A stretch of DNA of 64,000 nucleotides from Lophium mytilinum. Lineage: Eukaryota. The notes beneath the pieces are model-generated. The model did no database searches and was not told where the DNA came from. It saw only the letters and a program-made list of their open reading frames with translations. Location: contig MU004195.1 of NCBI GenBank assembly GCA_010093605.1, positions 1,131,566 through 1,195,565 of the forward strand, given 5' to 3'. Positions 25,578-37,357 of the stretch are shown here, piece after piece; within the stretch, counting starts at the first letter, position 1; each line of letters opens with the position of its first letter. Both the position numbers and the translations under genes were made by a program.

Positions 25578-27029
25578 TCATAGAATCGCAGTCCCGTTCA
25601 CATGCGAGCTTACACCACCTATCCGCACTGTTAGATTTCAATCTGATCACATGACACCGAGAACACTCACCTGGACAGTTCGCAGGCGCACTGGAGAAGA
25701 AGAACGTATACCGATTCCGCTCCCGACACTTCTGCGACAGCTTCTCCAAATCCATCATCTCGCCAAGCGGCATCCCCCACAGCGCCAAAATATACTCGTG
25801 AAGATAGTACTCTACGAACCGCATTAGCAGATACCCCGTCAGACATGCTCGCAAAATAGACACACCATCATGACTCGGCCACGCCTCAAACGTCGGATTA
25901 TCCGCCGAAACAGCCGAGAAGTAGCAATCATGCAGCCAATCTATCATCTTCGGCTCCTGGCTAACCCCAACATAGCGCTGGCCGTCTTCCTTGCCGAGGC
26001 GATGTGGCCGTAGTGCAAGCGCGTTTCGTTCGGCTTCCGGTTTGCTGTGGTATGCTTCCGTCCAGCCGGTGCGGAGGAAGAGGATGTCGCCGATTTTAAT
26101 GTCGCCGCCTTGGGCTTGGGGGCGGATGTCGATGCCTTGGTCTTTGCCGCATTGGAAGAGTTCTTCCCAGGAGATGGGGTACTGAGGTATGGTTAGATAG
26201 TATTAGGCAAGATTGGATAGTGTGTTGACTCACGAAGTCGTAGCAGTCGTACTTGATTCCTTTCTTGTCGGCGTAGCGCTTGTAGTCGAGGAGAACGCCG
26301 CGGCCTGCGATACCGTGTTCGGCCCAGTGGTGGATAGAGCATTTGTGGTTTGCTTTTGGGCCAATTATGTCTGATGCTTTAGTCTTCGAGCCGTTAGTAT
26401 CAGTGTTCGAGGATTGGTTGGAGGTCATACGCCGTTGTAGAACGTTCCGGATGCCAGATGAGCAAACTAGTTACAATTAGTAAAGTCAGATTAAACGCGC
26501 TTGATCGACTTACATGTCTGAATCCATCCCACTGCGTACCACTCTGCGTATTCAAATGATAAATATCATCATAGCACACATTCTCAGCCACGGTCTTAAT
26601 CTCGTGCTTAAATACTTCGCGGTTGAACGCGGGCTGGGCTGGCGTATCCAGTGGCAAGCTGGGTGTGATCATTAGTACAGACTCCCGTTGCCTGGACAGC
26701 TATACTGACTTCACGGGAACGATTTCTCCAGTCCTGATCTCTTTTGAAGCGGCAGCAACGCGGGTCGGAGTCAACAAGTTCAGACGTCCAACCTATTTGG
26801 ACTGTTAGAGTCGAATGAAAGAGCATTCCTCAAGCTACTTTACATAATCGTTATCCCCCCATACCCAAGCAGCTCCATCGGGGGCTCCAGCAATCACAGG
26901 AAGCTCCTGACGCGTTGGAAACTTGGTGCAATCGGGGTCCCAAGGGATAGTGGTCGCCGTCTTGTTCATGGTCAAGAAGTCTTTGATCTGGGTCAATCGC
27001 TGGTTGGAAGTATTCTTCGGGTCGGTCAT
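25578..27029 (-). CDS. Putative cyclase family (kynurenine formamidase-like) protein, multi-exon
   Basis: GAAWVWG, GRLNLLTP, FNREVFKH, NTQSGTQWDGFRH, GIAGRGVLLD, GDILFLRTGW, LHEYILALWGMPLGEMMDLEKLS and FFFSSAPAN. Several GT-AG introns; stop at 25578-25580. The start may instead be the ATG at 26969. Confidence 0.88.
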
Positions 27030-27930
27030 ATTCGCGGTATGCCAAAGTCTTCTTTCAGAGTGTGCAGAAGTGCGTGAAGAGAAATCGTTGGGAAAGTTGA
27101 TCAGCTTTGAGTAGTTATCTTGACTAGCTAGGAAGCGTCATATGAGGCACCCCACAGTGGCACGAGCTATGACGGTCACCCCGCATTCTGGCAGTGGCGT
27201 TTTCGAAAGGAGGAAATAGACTCCACGCACGCCGAGGCATCTTGCAGAAGGTGGAGAAAGAGCAAACCTCCGCAGGTAGCGACTATCGTGGACTGACTCG
27301 AAGCAAACACCCGCAAGTCCGAGTAGCAATTAATCGTCCAAGCCTGAGCAGAGGAAGTTGAGCTCTACGAACCAGGGGTTCCATGCTATTTAGTATGATT
27401 TTGCTTCCATTCGTGGAAAGCTAGGAGGTTGATCGCTGCATGACGGTCAAAAGCTCCACGGAGCTCGGGCGAGGCTAATCCCAAAGGGGCGCAAACCAGT
27501 CCGCGGGTTTCTTTGTTTACCTACTTTATAAGCTATTCGGGCAATGTCTGGAGCTTCGAAAAATCCTTAAAATGTCTTTGTAAAATCGATTACTGCAGGT
27601 CGAGAAACACTCCGCCCAGAGAAATATGAGCGGTATGGACATTTTACATAGATTAAGCTTTATGCACACGCTGATCTCTATCATAATCCTATGTAAGTCA
27701 GGCATGTCGGCAATCTGTAAACGCCGGCGCAACAACAACAAATTCTTGTCCCAACCCACTTCTCAAACCCATTAGGCTCTAGCCCTTAGTACTAACCTCC
27801 ACGAAGCATGCATTCGGCCTGTAGTACATGGAACTTAGTGCTGGCGGTCTCGTCGCGCCACGCACTGCCGATTGCTACTCGGGCCTTTCCAGCCCGCCTG
27901 CGTAGTAGGTGCGCTATTCTAATCCCTCAT

Positions 27931-30900
27931 TCACTCTACCACAACAATCTCACTTTTCGGCTCCGATCTCTTCCACATAGATTTGGATATCTTACCCAAG
28001 CCTATCCTCTCTGCAAAAGTACCTCCGCTCTTCCTCTCAATAAGCATAACGTTATAGAATGGATACCCTAAAACATCAACGCTTTCCTCATTTCCTAGGT
28101 ATTGTCCTTCGGACAAAATGGCTGCGTCGATGGAGCTTTGGTGATAGGCACCCGCATCTATCTTCACGATACCCACGTTCTTGTTATTGTGTGACTTGAT
28201 CCAGTACTCGTGCGATATCGTAGTGTTGACGTCCGACTCCATCGATGCGGTTCCGCTGGGGTCCGTCTCTGTTGATGAGGCTTTGCTGGGGTCCTTGTCG
28301 TGGAAAGTCTCGCGGCAGTACTCGAAGTCCGCAAGTTTGCTGTAAGTCCTCTTTCTCCAGCATTCTTTTCTCAGATACAGCGTGGCTACCTCTGTCTGCA
28401 ACACAAGGTGCTGATCGTTCAACTCGCTGACCGGAAAACTCAGCGTCGGCCTCGTCGCCGGTCCAGGTTGCCACGATTCCCAATTGTTGAAGCCTTTCGC
28501 TCCCATCGTAGGAAGACCAAACATTCCCAGTTCCAAGAGCTCCTGACGATACGCACTGACCCCGTACAACGTCCTTTTTCGAGGCCGAATGCGCTCTTCG
28601 CCAAACTTTTCAAGGCGTTTGACAAAGCCGAGGTCGTCGAAGTGGACGTCGAATGGCTGGTCGTAGTATACAGCTCCGCCTTTTGTTTCAGGGTATTCAC
28701 ATTCTTGTGCAGACTCCCAGCCGGCCCATGTCCAGCTCGGCGGACAGCGGCGACGAATTGTCCCGTGTTCGTCAACTTGATCCCTTCGACGGCGTAGGGG
28801 CTGTTGAGGCTGCCATAACAGCGCAACGTCCAGATAGTTGCTCGGTAAACCGTTTCGGAAGGGCGAATGAAGTAGTTTAGAATACTTCAGTGTGTTCTGT
28901 AGTCCTTCAAATGCGTCGAGAATTTTCCAGCTCTCACCGATAGCTCTTCTGCTAAAGTCTTCCACCGCATTAATATACTGGTCCATAACCGGCAACCTCA
29001 TCAATCTCACACTCTCATCCTCTTCCCTTTTCTCTAGTTTTGCTCGCGCAAGACCCGTGGTATTGGCCGGGTCGATCGAGGTCAAACGGAGCCAGGGGAA
29101 CGAAACCGAACTTCTGTCTCCATCTAACGCGTTGACATCCTCCCTCCAAACACCTCCCCTACAATGCCAAACCGCATAGCCGCCCGCAAAAACAAGCAGC
29201 CGTCTCGACAGCACCTTTTCTTGGAAACACCACGCCCGCTCCTCCCACGGCCGAAATTCCAACTCTTTCAAACCAACCGGCAAAAATATTTGCACATCGT
29301 CGACGATGTTGGACTCTGCGATCATCCGTGAGGTATCTCGGTCGCTGCTGATGCCTTTGATGCCGGCATCCGCGTGCGGGCTATCGCCGGCCACGATAGT
29401 GAAGAGGGCGTGGTTGTAGATGCGGCCCATGCGCGCGATGTTGGCTCGGTTGTCCCATGTGTGTTGTTCTTGAATGATGCAGAGGCTATCGACCCACAGA
29501 AAGTGTTGGCCTGCATCTTTTACGACTTCTATTGCGTCGCGGATGGTTTTCGGGATATAAACCCCACCACCCTTCAAACCGTTCTCGCTTAGCAACATCT
29601 CCTCATTTTCCGTCTTAAGTCGTGTAGGAAATTGGTGTTCATCTTCCGGGCGAATCAACGTTGTCTGTCGAGTTCTCGTGTTGTAGTATTCCGTTCGCGG
29701 AGGCCCTCCTTGGTGCAAAGCCCTACGCTGCTCTATCCAGTCCTTAGGCAGTGGCCTTTTGCCCCAAGTATAGCTGAGTGCCACGTAATCCAAATGATAC
29801 CGGTGCGGCTCCGGTCGGATGATCTCTTCAAAATCTGTCTCGATGATGCGCATATCATGCACATCAATCAGTCTAAATGGAGTATTAGCACCACCGTCAC
29901 TTGCTTTTGAGTTCGCTAGCGTGCTCCACTGCAACTTTCCGCATTCTCCATGCAGCGACGTACAAGCATTCGCGCACTTTTCAAAGAATTTTACGTTGAT
30001 GCGTTCCTCTAGTTTATTTCCGTACCAAATCTGCTCTTTGACTCTTCGCGGATCGTGGGAGCTCCCCGTCTCAAACCGCAAGCTGAAATGGCATATCTCT
30101 TTCAATTGTGCAAGCGGCACCCGTCCATGTCCTACGGTGAAGGTATAAAGTCAGCACAGTCGCTCAAAGTAAGGGAACTTACGTCAATGTCCTAGTTAGG
30201 TCTTGAGAAGCGTAAGACATTACGGGATGTCTCATATTGACCTTGACACTGGACATTGGCTTTGCACTACAGATGTAGCTTACCGTATACGCGTACGCTC
30301 AATACACCCGCTTTCTCCTCGTTCTTCCGATATGCCCTTATCACAAGAATACAAGGCAGTCGCTTTCTCTTCTTGTTGTTCCACAGCGCCAATTGGCTTG
30401 TCGCAGCCTGAGCACGCACCCCAAACTCTCGCATTTGCGGGTTGTCTGTTCCGGTGATGTTCATGATAGATATCAACTTGTTAGTACCCTCCATTGTGCG
30501 GTCATACAGGTCGCCAGTCTTATACATCTCATCAATATCGTTGAGACTCTTAAAATTGAGATCGCGCTCTTCGGCTTGAGAGAAGAGTCTCTTGGCTTCT
30601 TCCTGCGTTGATTGAGCGGCTTGCTGGCGATCAACTGCGTATCCGAACGGCCAAACGTCGGCTCCTGCCAGCTTCCCTTTCCAATCGGGAAGCTTCTCGG
30701 ACCATTCAGAGAAACTCTGGATTTCTTTCAGCTTGTTGTTATCTTGAAGGCCCTTGCTGATATGCTCCGCTTTTAATAAGTCGTACTCCGGTTGACACAT
30801 GCTCCGGAACAATAGCCTACACAGCTTACACCAATCCCGATATCTCAATATCCTCGACAAACTTTTGGTATACACGAGTTCTTTGCGTCTTTCCCTTTTC

Positions 30901-31198
30901 GAACCTTGGGCTCCGCCTTCACCTGTGGAGTCTCTTGGTAGACACTCAGCAAACGGGATTTCTCTGCAAGCGCTACAAAGAGGCTTTGTCTCCCTGCGAG
31001 CTTTAGATTTGGCAGTCTCTGCTAGGTCCAAAATTGGCTTTTTGGTTGCTTCGTAACTCGAACCTTCTCCTTAAAAGGGCTGTATCTTTTCTTGTCATTC
31101 TCTTCATCTGTGAGTGGCGTCATGGATTCATCATCAGAGTCGATAGACGAGTGCTCCGATTGCCGACTAATAAGTCGGTTTCCTTGCGATCCAGCCAT
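27931..31198 (-). CDS. HET (heterokaryon incompatibility) domain protein; 5' end requires a frameshift or an atypical intron
   Basis: N-terminal LCSAC..CKLC, FRLIDV, YVALSYTWG, PKTIRDAI, FLWVDSLCIIQ, MGRIYNHALFTIVAG, WEERAWCFQE and C-terminal ERIGLG. Intron 30283-30132. Confidence 0.88.
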
Positions 31199-32398
31199 TG
31201 AAGAATACCTTTGCGACTTCTCAATTTCGACACAAAGATCCGATTCTGAGTAGTATGGAGGTTGAAGAAATTGAGTCCTTCTGCTGGCGGTGCCGAGATT
31301 CAATTGTGTTTGGGACAAGCATCGACGTTGGAAAGACCTGAGAATTCAAGAAGATGCTAAATGAACCAAATCTATGAGACTTATACCAGACTGGCAAGGC
31401 TGACACTTCGCGAGTAACGGCTGTTGCCTAGCTGCAGCTCAGCAGCAAGCGGGGTAATGATGGCTTTCGTGGTCTCGAGTGTCGGCTGGTGGACGTAAGT
31501 AGTGGCGAGACTGCCTACTTTGCGAATTGTTCTCCTTCACGGAGGGTGCTTTCGATGAGGCTCGGCAGAATATATCAGAGCTTCACGAGAACCCTTGTCT
31601 ACCCGTGCAGGCGTCCTCGAGGCGGTTCATACTGCGCCTCTCTTCTCAGCCCTGCTGAAATGAAGACGGGTCGTGACGATATTGACCACCAGAGACGATC
31701 TTGCTGCGTTGAAGGACCATGGAGAAGTTACTGCAGCTCTACACCACATCACCGATGTATGATAACCTCAATTCACAACGAGTTTAGTGTTGCCACCGCT
31801 AGTAGAGAGGGCGGCTAACCCGCCTCGACCATAGACCTGCGGGATGGCGAATTCGGTGGGAGTCTACTAGAAAATCGAGTTAACTGGTGCCACGTTTGCG
31901 GTTAACTAGAATCTGTTTTCTTAAGCAGGGCTGCAAGGCTGAGCAGACTCGTGTTGTTCTGGCCCGCCTGCTATTGGCACACTAGTAAGGTTTGAATGAA
32001 CTTCTTTCTTTGGCGCTGTGGTGCTGTAGCCCTCTGAAATCCTACCTATCAGACAATAATAGTTCGAAGTTATCTTGCCGCAAGGCATATCAGCTGAACG
32101 GATTCTGCCATCTAACGCGCCAATAGCGGACGGGCCGACCCCTCCAAAAAGGGATACGAGTCTGCTCAGCCTTGCAGCACCGAGATTCCTGCCAATACAT
32201 ACCTACAGCACTTGCCATGTCACAGCGCAAGAGGGGTTGGTTTTGCCACTTGGTGTCATATGAGCGGTGTGCGCCAAGAGGTTCTGAGCACCAGCCTCGA
32301 TTGGATAGGATTTTGGGACGTCTCGATTTCGCCACGGTTCGGGGCAGGCATTCACAGTTATTATTCAGCATATTTGCCACATCTATGGCTCTCAATCT

Positions 32399-32860
32399 TC
32401 ATCTCCCCAAGACTGGACCTCCGACCATACCCTTGGATCTCTCATCCAACACCTCACGTTTGCGAATAGGGGAGCAGGAGATAGGGGCTATCTCACATTG
32501 CTCAACGAGCATTATGAGCGCGGTATCAGATCCGAGCTTGGGATTTCTTGAATCACTGGGATCAGACACAGTATCTTCCTCCGAATCATTTTCCATGCTG
32601 GAGAGGTCATCGTTATATCTTGTTGCACGAGGTCACCCATCAGTTTGGGGCTGGATTTGGTCCGCAGGGCCATTGGATTCAGGGGTCTTATCAAGCTGTG
32701 GAGTGGATGGACGAGTATGGATCGAATCAGGTAAGGTCGGACTATCGGAGTGGTTATGCTTAAAGTCACGATCGTTTTGCGGCCTTCTGTAGAATAAGTG
32801 GAAGACGCACCATTGGAGAATGTCAACCTGTATATATTCGGCTAACGTACTTTCTACCAA
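32399..32860 (-). pseudogene. Possible gene fragment with one internal stop
   Basis: ORFs 32633-32860 and 32399-32596 are in the same frame, separated by a single TGA at 32633-32635. Donor-like GGTGAG near 32895 and acceptor-like CAG near 32828. Confidence 0.2.
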
Positions 32861-33457
32861 TGTCGTGCTCAGCTAAATTGCAGTGGCAACTCACCTGCCT
32901 TAGTCTGTGGCGTAATCGTGGCTTTGATAGACTTTCAATGGAAAGAATTAAGATATCTAAATAATAGGTCGATTTCGGCGCGACGTATTCCTCCACCTTT
33001 AGTAATGAACATTATACTGTAAGTGCTCTAATAAGCAACGTTCATCGAGTTGGTTGCTATCACGTGACTATGAATGCACCTTTCCTACGTACCTTACGCA
33101 AGATCATGTCCAATAATTACTCACTGCCTATATATAGAAGCTTAAGAACTCCAGAGCAGGACGCGTTAGCGATCCGAAGCCTAGAAAAAGATCTGCCCAT
33201 GCACACAATCAGTCCAACAACGCCCCCTATCCCCTTTGTCCACCAGCGAACAAAGCGGCTCATCCCTTCATCCCCTTTTCTTTATCCTATTATCTCATCT
33301 CAGAGCCAACAATGCCATTGTCCCCCCCATCCTCCCCATCCCAGCCATTCCCATCCATCGTGACCAATTCCCCGACATTGAACCATCCGACGACAGACTG
33401 TAATCGCGAACCTCAGTCCCAACAACATATCCAAGAGGTAACTTACCCAACATCAAA

Positions 33458-34258
33458 ATGACACCCCGTCGCTCCGCCCGCCTGGCCGCCCGCAGAGCTC
33501 CCTCCCAATCCCAATCCCTCTCCCAATCCTCCTCTCCCTCTCCCTCACCATCCCCATCTCGAAGCCCCATCTACACCCGCACGCGCAGCCGCCTCACAGC
33601 CAAAATAACCAAGCTCACCACCACCTCTAACCCCACAATCTCCAGCACCAGCATAGCCAATCCCCTCCACCGCACCCGCATCCCCCGCGTCCGCATTCTC
33701 GACGACGAAGCTTCTGAAGGTAGCGCCTCCTCGACCGCCTCCACACCGCGCTCGTTCCACGCACCCGACCTCTCGGGAAGCGATAGGGAGGACCATCTCC
33801 ACGGGCGCTCGTTGAATAGCGATTCCGAGGATAGTCGGTTTGGGAGCGATGAGGAGAACGAGGATTATTTTGATGAGAGCGGGTTTGTGGTGCCGGACGA
33901 GTCTGATGAGTGGGATGAGTTTGAGGAGTCGTCTGAGGACGAGGGGGCTGTGGGGGAGAGTGGGTATGATGGAGATGCGTCGAATGGGAGTACGGAGAGT
34001 GAGAGTGGGAGTGGGAGTGGGAGTGGGAGTGAGGGGAGTGACGAGTTGATGAGTGATGAGGGGTCTGACGAGGACGAGTCAGAGGAGGAGGAGAGTCTGG
34101 TGGCTAGTCCATTATCTAGTGATTCCGAGGAGGAAGAGCAGAGGCTGCCGGTTGTTGCGTCGAGGGGGTTTGCGAGGCGGAGACAGGTGAGATCGGCTTC
34201 GTCGTCGCCAGTGCCGTCACGAGGGTCAGTTCCGGCCCCAGCGATCTCTCAATCATGA
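33458..34258 (+). CDS. Low-complexity disordered hypothetical protein (Ser/Pro/Arg-rich N-terminus, Asp/Glu/Ser-rich centre)
   Basis: 266 aa ORF starting in CAAAATG context (MTPRRSARLAARRA). Contains SP/SQ and SG coding microsatellites. Confidence 0.7.
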   Translation: MTPRRSARLAARRAPSQSQSLSQSSSPSPSPSPSRSPIYTRTRSRLTAKITKLTTTSNPTISSTSIANPLHRTRIPRVRILDDEASEGSASSTASTPRSFHAPDLSGSDREDHLHGRSLNSDSEDSRFGSDEENEDYFDESGFVVPDESDEWDEFEESSEDEGAVGESGYDGDASNGSTESESGSGSGSGSEGSDELMSDEGSDEDESEEEESLVASPLSSDSEEEEQRLPVVASRGFARRRQVRSASSSPVPSRGSVPAPAISQS

Positions 34259-34714
34259 GGAAGGACGGGGAATGAGAGAGAAAAGATGAATAGAAAGTAG
34301 GAATGATGAATTATCTTTTAGGCTTATAGAGATTCTTTTGGGGTTATACTATTTCTGGAAAGAGTTCAGATTAGATTGGATCTGTGGGTTGAAAAGAAAA
34401 ACGTGCGCTCTGGTAACCCTTTGAAGTGTGAGAATATGCGAGATTTTGAAAACATTGATTATATGTGGATTTTCGAGATCATGAGGTCGTAGAATGTCTT
34501 TCCCGGCATTTAGAGTTCCTGAGGGGCCTGCATTAGTTCTACGCTTCGATATATCGGGAGAAATCTGCTCGGATCAGAGGGGAATATGTACTAGTGGCAT
34601 ACCTTGGATCTTAAAAGTCTCATGCTCTGCTTTGATAATATCCCTCAACTTCTACTTTTCATCTTGGAGGACTTGACGCCAAGAAATCACCATTATGGCT
34701 GCCCAGCATCCAGC

Positions 34715-36659
34715 CTACGTCCCCATCTGCATCCCACCAACTTCCACCTCTTTGCCTTGCCCCTCATCCCCCGTAGTCTTCTTCTCCACCTCTTCAACCG
34801 GCTTCTCATGCTCCTCCTCCCCATCGCCCCCCTCCACCACCCCTCCCACGGCAATCTGAGCCTCCTTATCCGCCTTGACCCTATCCACCTTCCTCTGATC
34901 CATACTCTCCCTCCACCCACTCCCATACTTCGTAATCGCCGCCACAACCACCGCCGCAGCAACCAAAAACACCGCCGCAATCGTACAATTCCAGCCAATC
35001 CCAATCCCCCTAATCGCCGGCAAGCACAACGCCGTACCCAGCGCCGCAAACAAATACCGAATCATATAATTCCCCGCCACCACCTCCGCGCTCCGGCCCG
35101 GCATGACATCCAAGCAATACGTGTTCAAACTCGGGAAGCAGAACAGCTGCGCGATGCCTTGCAAAAACATCGTGATTACCGTGAGGGGGATTCCGCCCGC
35201 CCGCTTCTCGAGGCTCCAGCCGTAGATCAGGATGCAGGCGGGGATCACGCCGCCGAGGAAGCCGATGCAGGAGCGCAGCCGGTCTTCGGGGACGCGCCGG
35301 CCGCGGATGCGGATCCATTTCTTGGTGATGTGGTCGGCGTAGCGGCCGCCGACGAAGGTGCCGAGGAGGTAGCCGGCACCGGGCGCGAGGTAGAAGAGGC
35401 CGGAGGTGATGGGAGAGGTGAGGGCGAAACGGGGGTTGATGACGTAGCGGATGGGGGTGAGGAGGGAGTACATGTTCCAGGTTAGGGAGGAGGAGGCGAG
35501 GGCCTATAGGGGTTAGTTTCGAGGAAGTCGTGCTGAAAATATAGAATTGGATGCATGTGGGGAGGGGATGTGAAGGAGCTGATAGTTTTCACTTACCGTT
35601 CCTAGCAGGTTTGGGTACCTATATAACTGAATAATCCTGAATGGATTCAACCACTGCCACATCTTATGCGCCTTTTGGCCTCTACTGAGTCCCTGTAGTT
35701 CGACGGAGCGCTTGTAGTGGATTGTTTCAGGGTAGAAGATGAATATGAGGCAGAACCCAACCCCGGCTAGGGCAGTCTGCAGCCAGAATATCACGCGCCA
35801 GCTGCGGTAAGTGACGATGATGCCTCCCATAACAGGGCCGATCGCTGGACCGATTAGAGTACCAGAGAGGAACCACCCGATAGCCGTTCCTCGCTCAGTC
35901 TGTGATAGGATTAGTATTGAGTCTGAGTGATTCGGTAGGGGCTTGTTGTGAGCTTACGGGCTTATAGATGTCTCCAATAGCACTCGTGCCAATAATTAGG
36001 TAAGACGTTCCCTGAAACCCTGTCAAGAGCCGGAATATAAAGAAAGATGCTAGGTTCGGCGCTAGAGCTGTTCCAATGGAGAAAGCAAAGAAGAGGCCGC
36101 CACTGATAAGGGAGGGCTGCAGTTGTCAGATTAGCATCCTTTTTTGTGGCAAATAGAGCCTCCAGCTTGGCATAAGCGATCACTTGCTCCCTCCGGCTGC
36201 AACAAAACTCTCCATTGGATTGAAACTGGGATAGCGTACATATCTCCTCCCATATACGGTGCAAACTGGTCCCCAAAACATTGGACTCAATCCCATAAAC
36301 AACACGTAGATAGCATTGCTCAAATTGATGATTGCTCCGTCACAATTGTACGTTGCTGCCACTTCGGGTACTGCAGATAAAACTGTCGTGGACGATATCG
36401 GGGCCAGAAATGCGCAGAATGACATGGCAAGAACTATAGTCGTTTTGCGAGCCGGGGAGAACTTGTTGTAGATTACATCGCTATCTCCCGTAACCACGTA
36501 GGTAGCGGCGGGCATGTCATGGTGACTGACGGAGGTGGTCGCGTGCTCAAGAGGGTCGTCTTCGGGAGAGATGGGAGCTACGGTCGGGGTTTGCTTCTTC
36601 GAGTGCGGGAGATGTGAGTCCTGGTGTGAGTCGTCGGACGAGTTATCACTTGCTGCCAT
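34715..36659 (-). CDS. MFS transporter (DHA1 multidrug family), 4 exons
   Basis: FCAFLAPISST, PMFWGPVCTVYGRR, ERGTAIGWFLSGTLIGPAIGPVMGG, SWRVIFW, GGRYAD and VPEDRL. Introns near 36240-36120, 35959-35900 and 35596-35504. Confidence 0.92.
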
Positions 36660-37357
36660 GTTGGGCAAGCTTGACCGCCAATTGATTTTTCTAAAGACGT
36701 GCTAGTATGACAAGACGTGTACAAGAAAATCATGAGATAGATTGAGAATGATCGCTCGCTACAGATAAAGAAAGAGCGAGGCAGAAAGCTCAACGAGAAG
36801 ATGTCCCAACCGCCGACGAATAGTGGGGTCAATCGAATCTGGGGCATCGTGAGTCAAATGTTCCCATGGTAGCATCTCCAGGCCCAGCAAAAATTGCAAT
36901 GTCGACAGTGCGATTGGCAATTGGGTGGACCTCCACTATTGATTCCCAGGCCCGCTACGTACGCGGAGCGGGTTTCTGTTGCCGTCATAGCCGCACAGGT
37001 AAGCTTTTCGGTGCAGCGTAGGGTTCTTTCGACCCGATAAGCCACTCCCGCGACATGGTGGCGCCGATGTTCGGACAGAAAGCCGACCAGCTTCGGTGTA
37101 GATGGTCGCGATGCCGCCATCGGGAATAACGCTGAGGCGATGGAGGCGACATGGATGGCTGCATGGCCTCTGCGGATTGGAGAGAAAGCGTGTTAGTCCT
37201 GCAGCTGGAGCTGAAGTTGTAGATCTAGAGTTTTCACGCCAGGCCGGAAGAGGCTAGGGCTATATCCTCATATATGAAGAATGAAGAGGAGACTTCTCCC
37301 TTGAATTTAGTTAAGGGCTCGATAGGCCTATGTAAACCCTATGGATACGCAATTTTT

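Noticed and set aside
34001..34032. (GAGTGG)n microsatellite
   Set aside because: Simply encodes the SGSGSG tract of the 33458 ORF.
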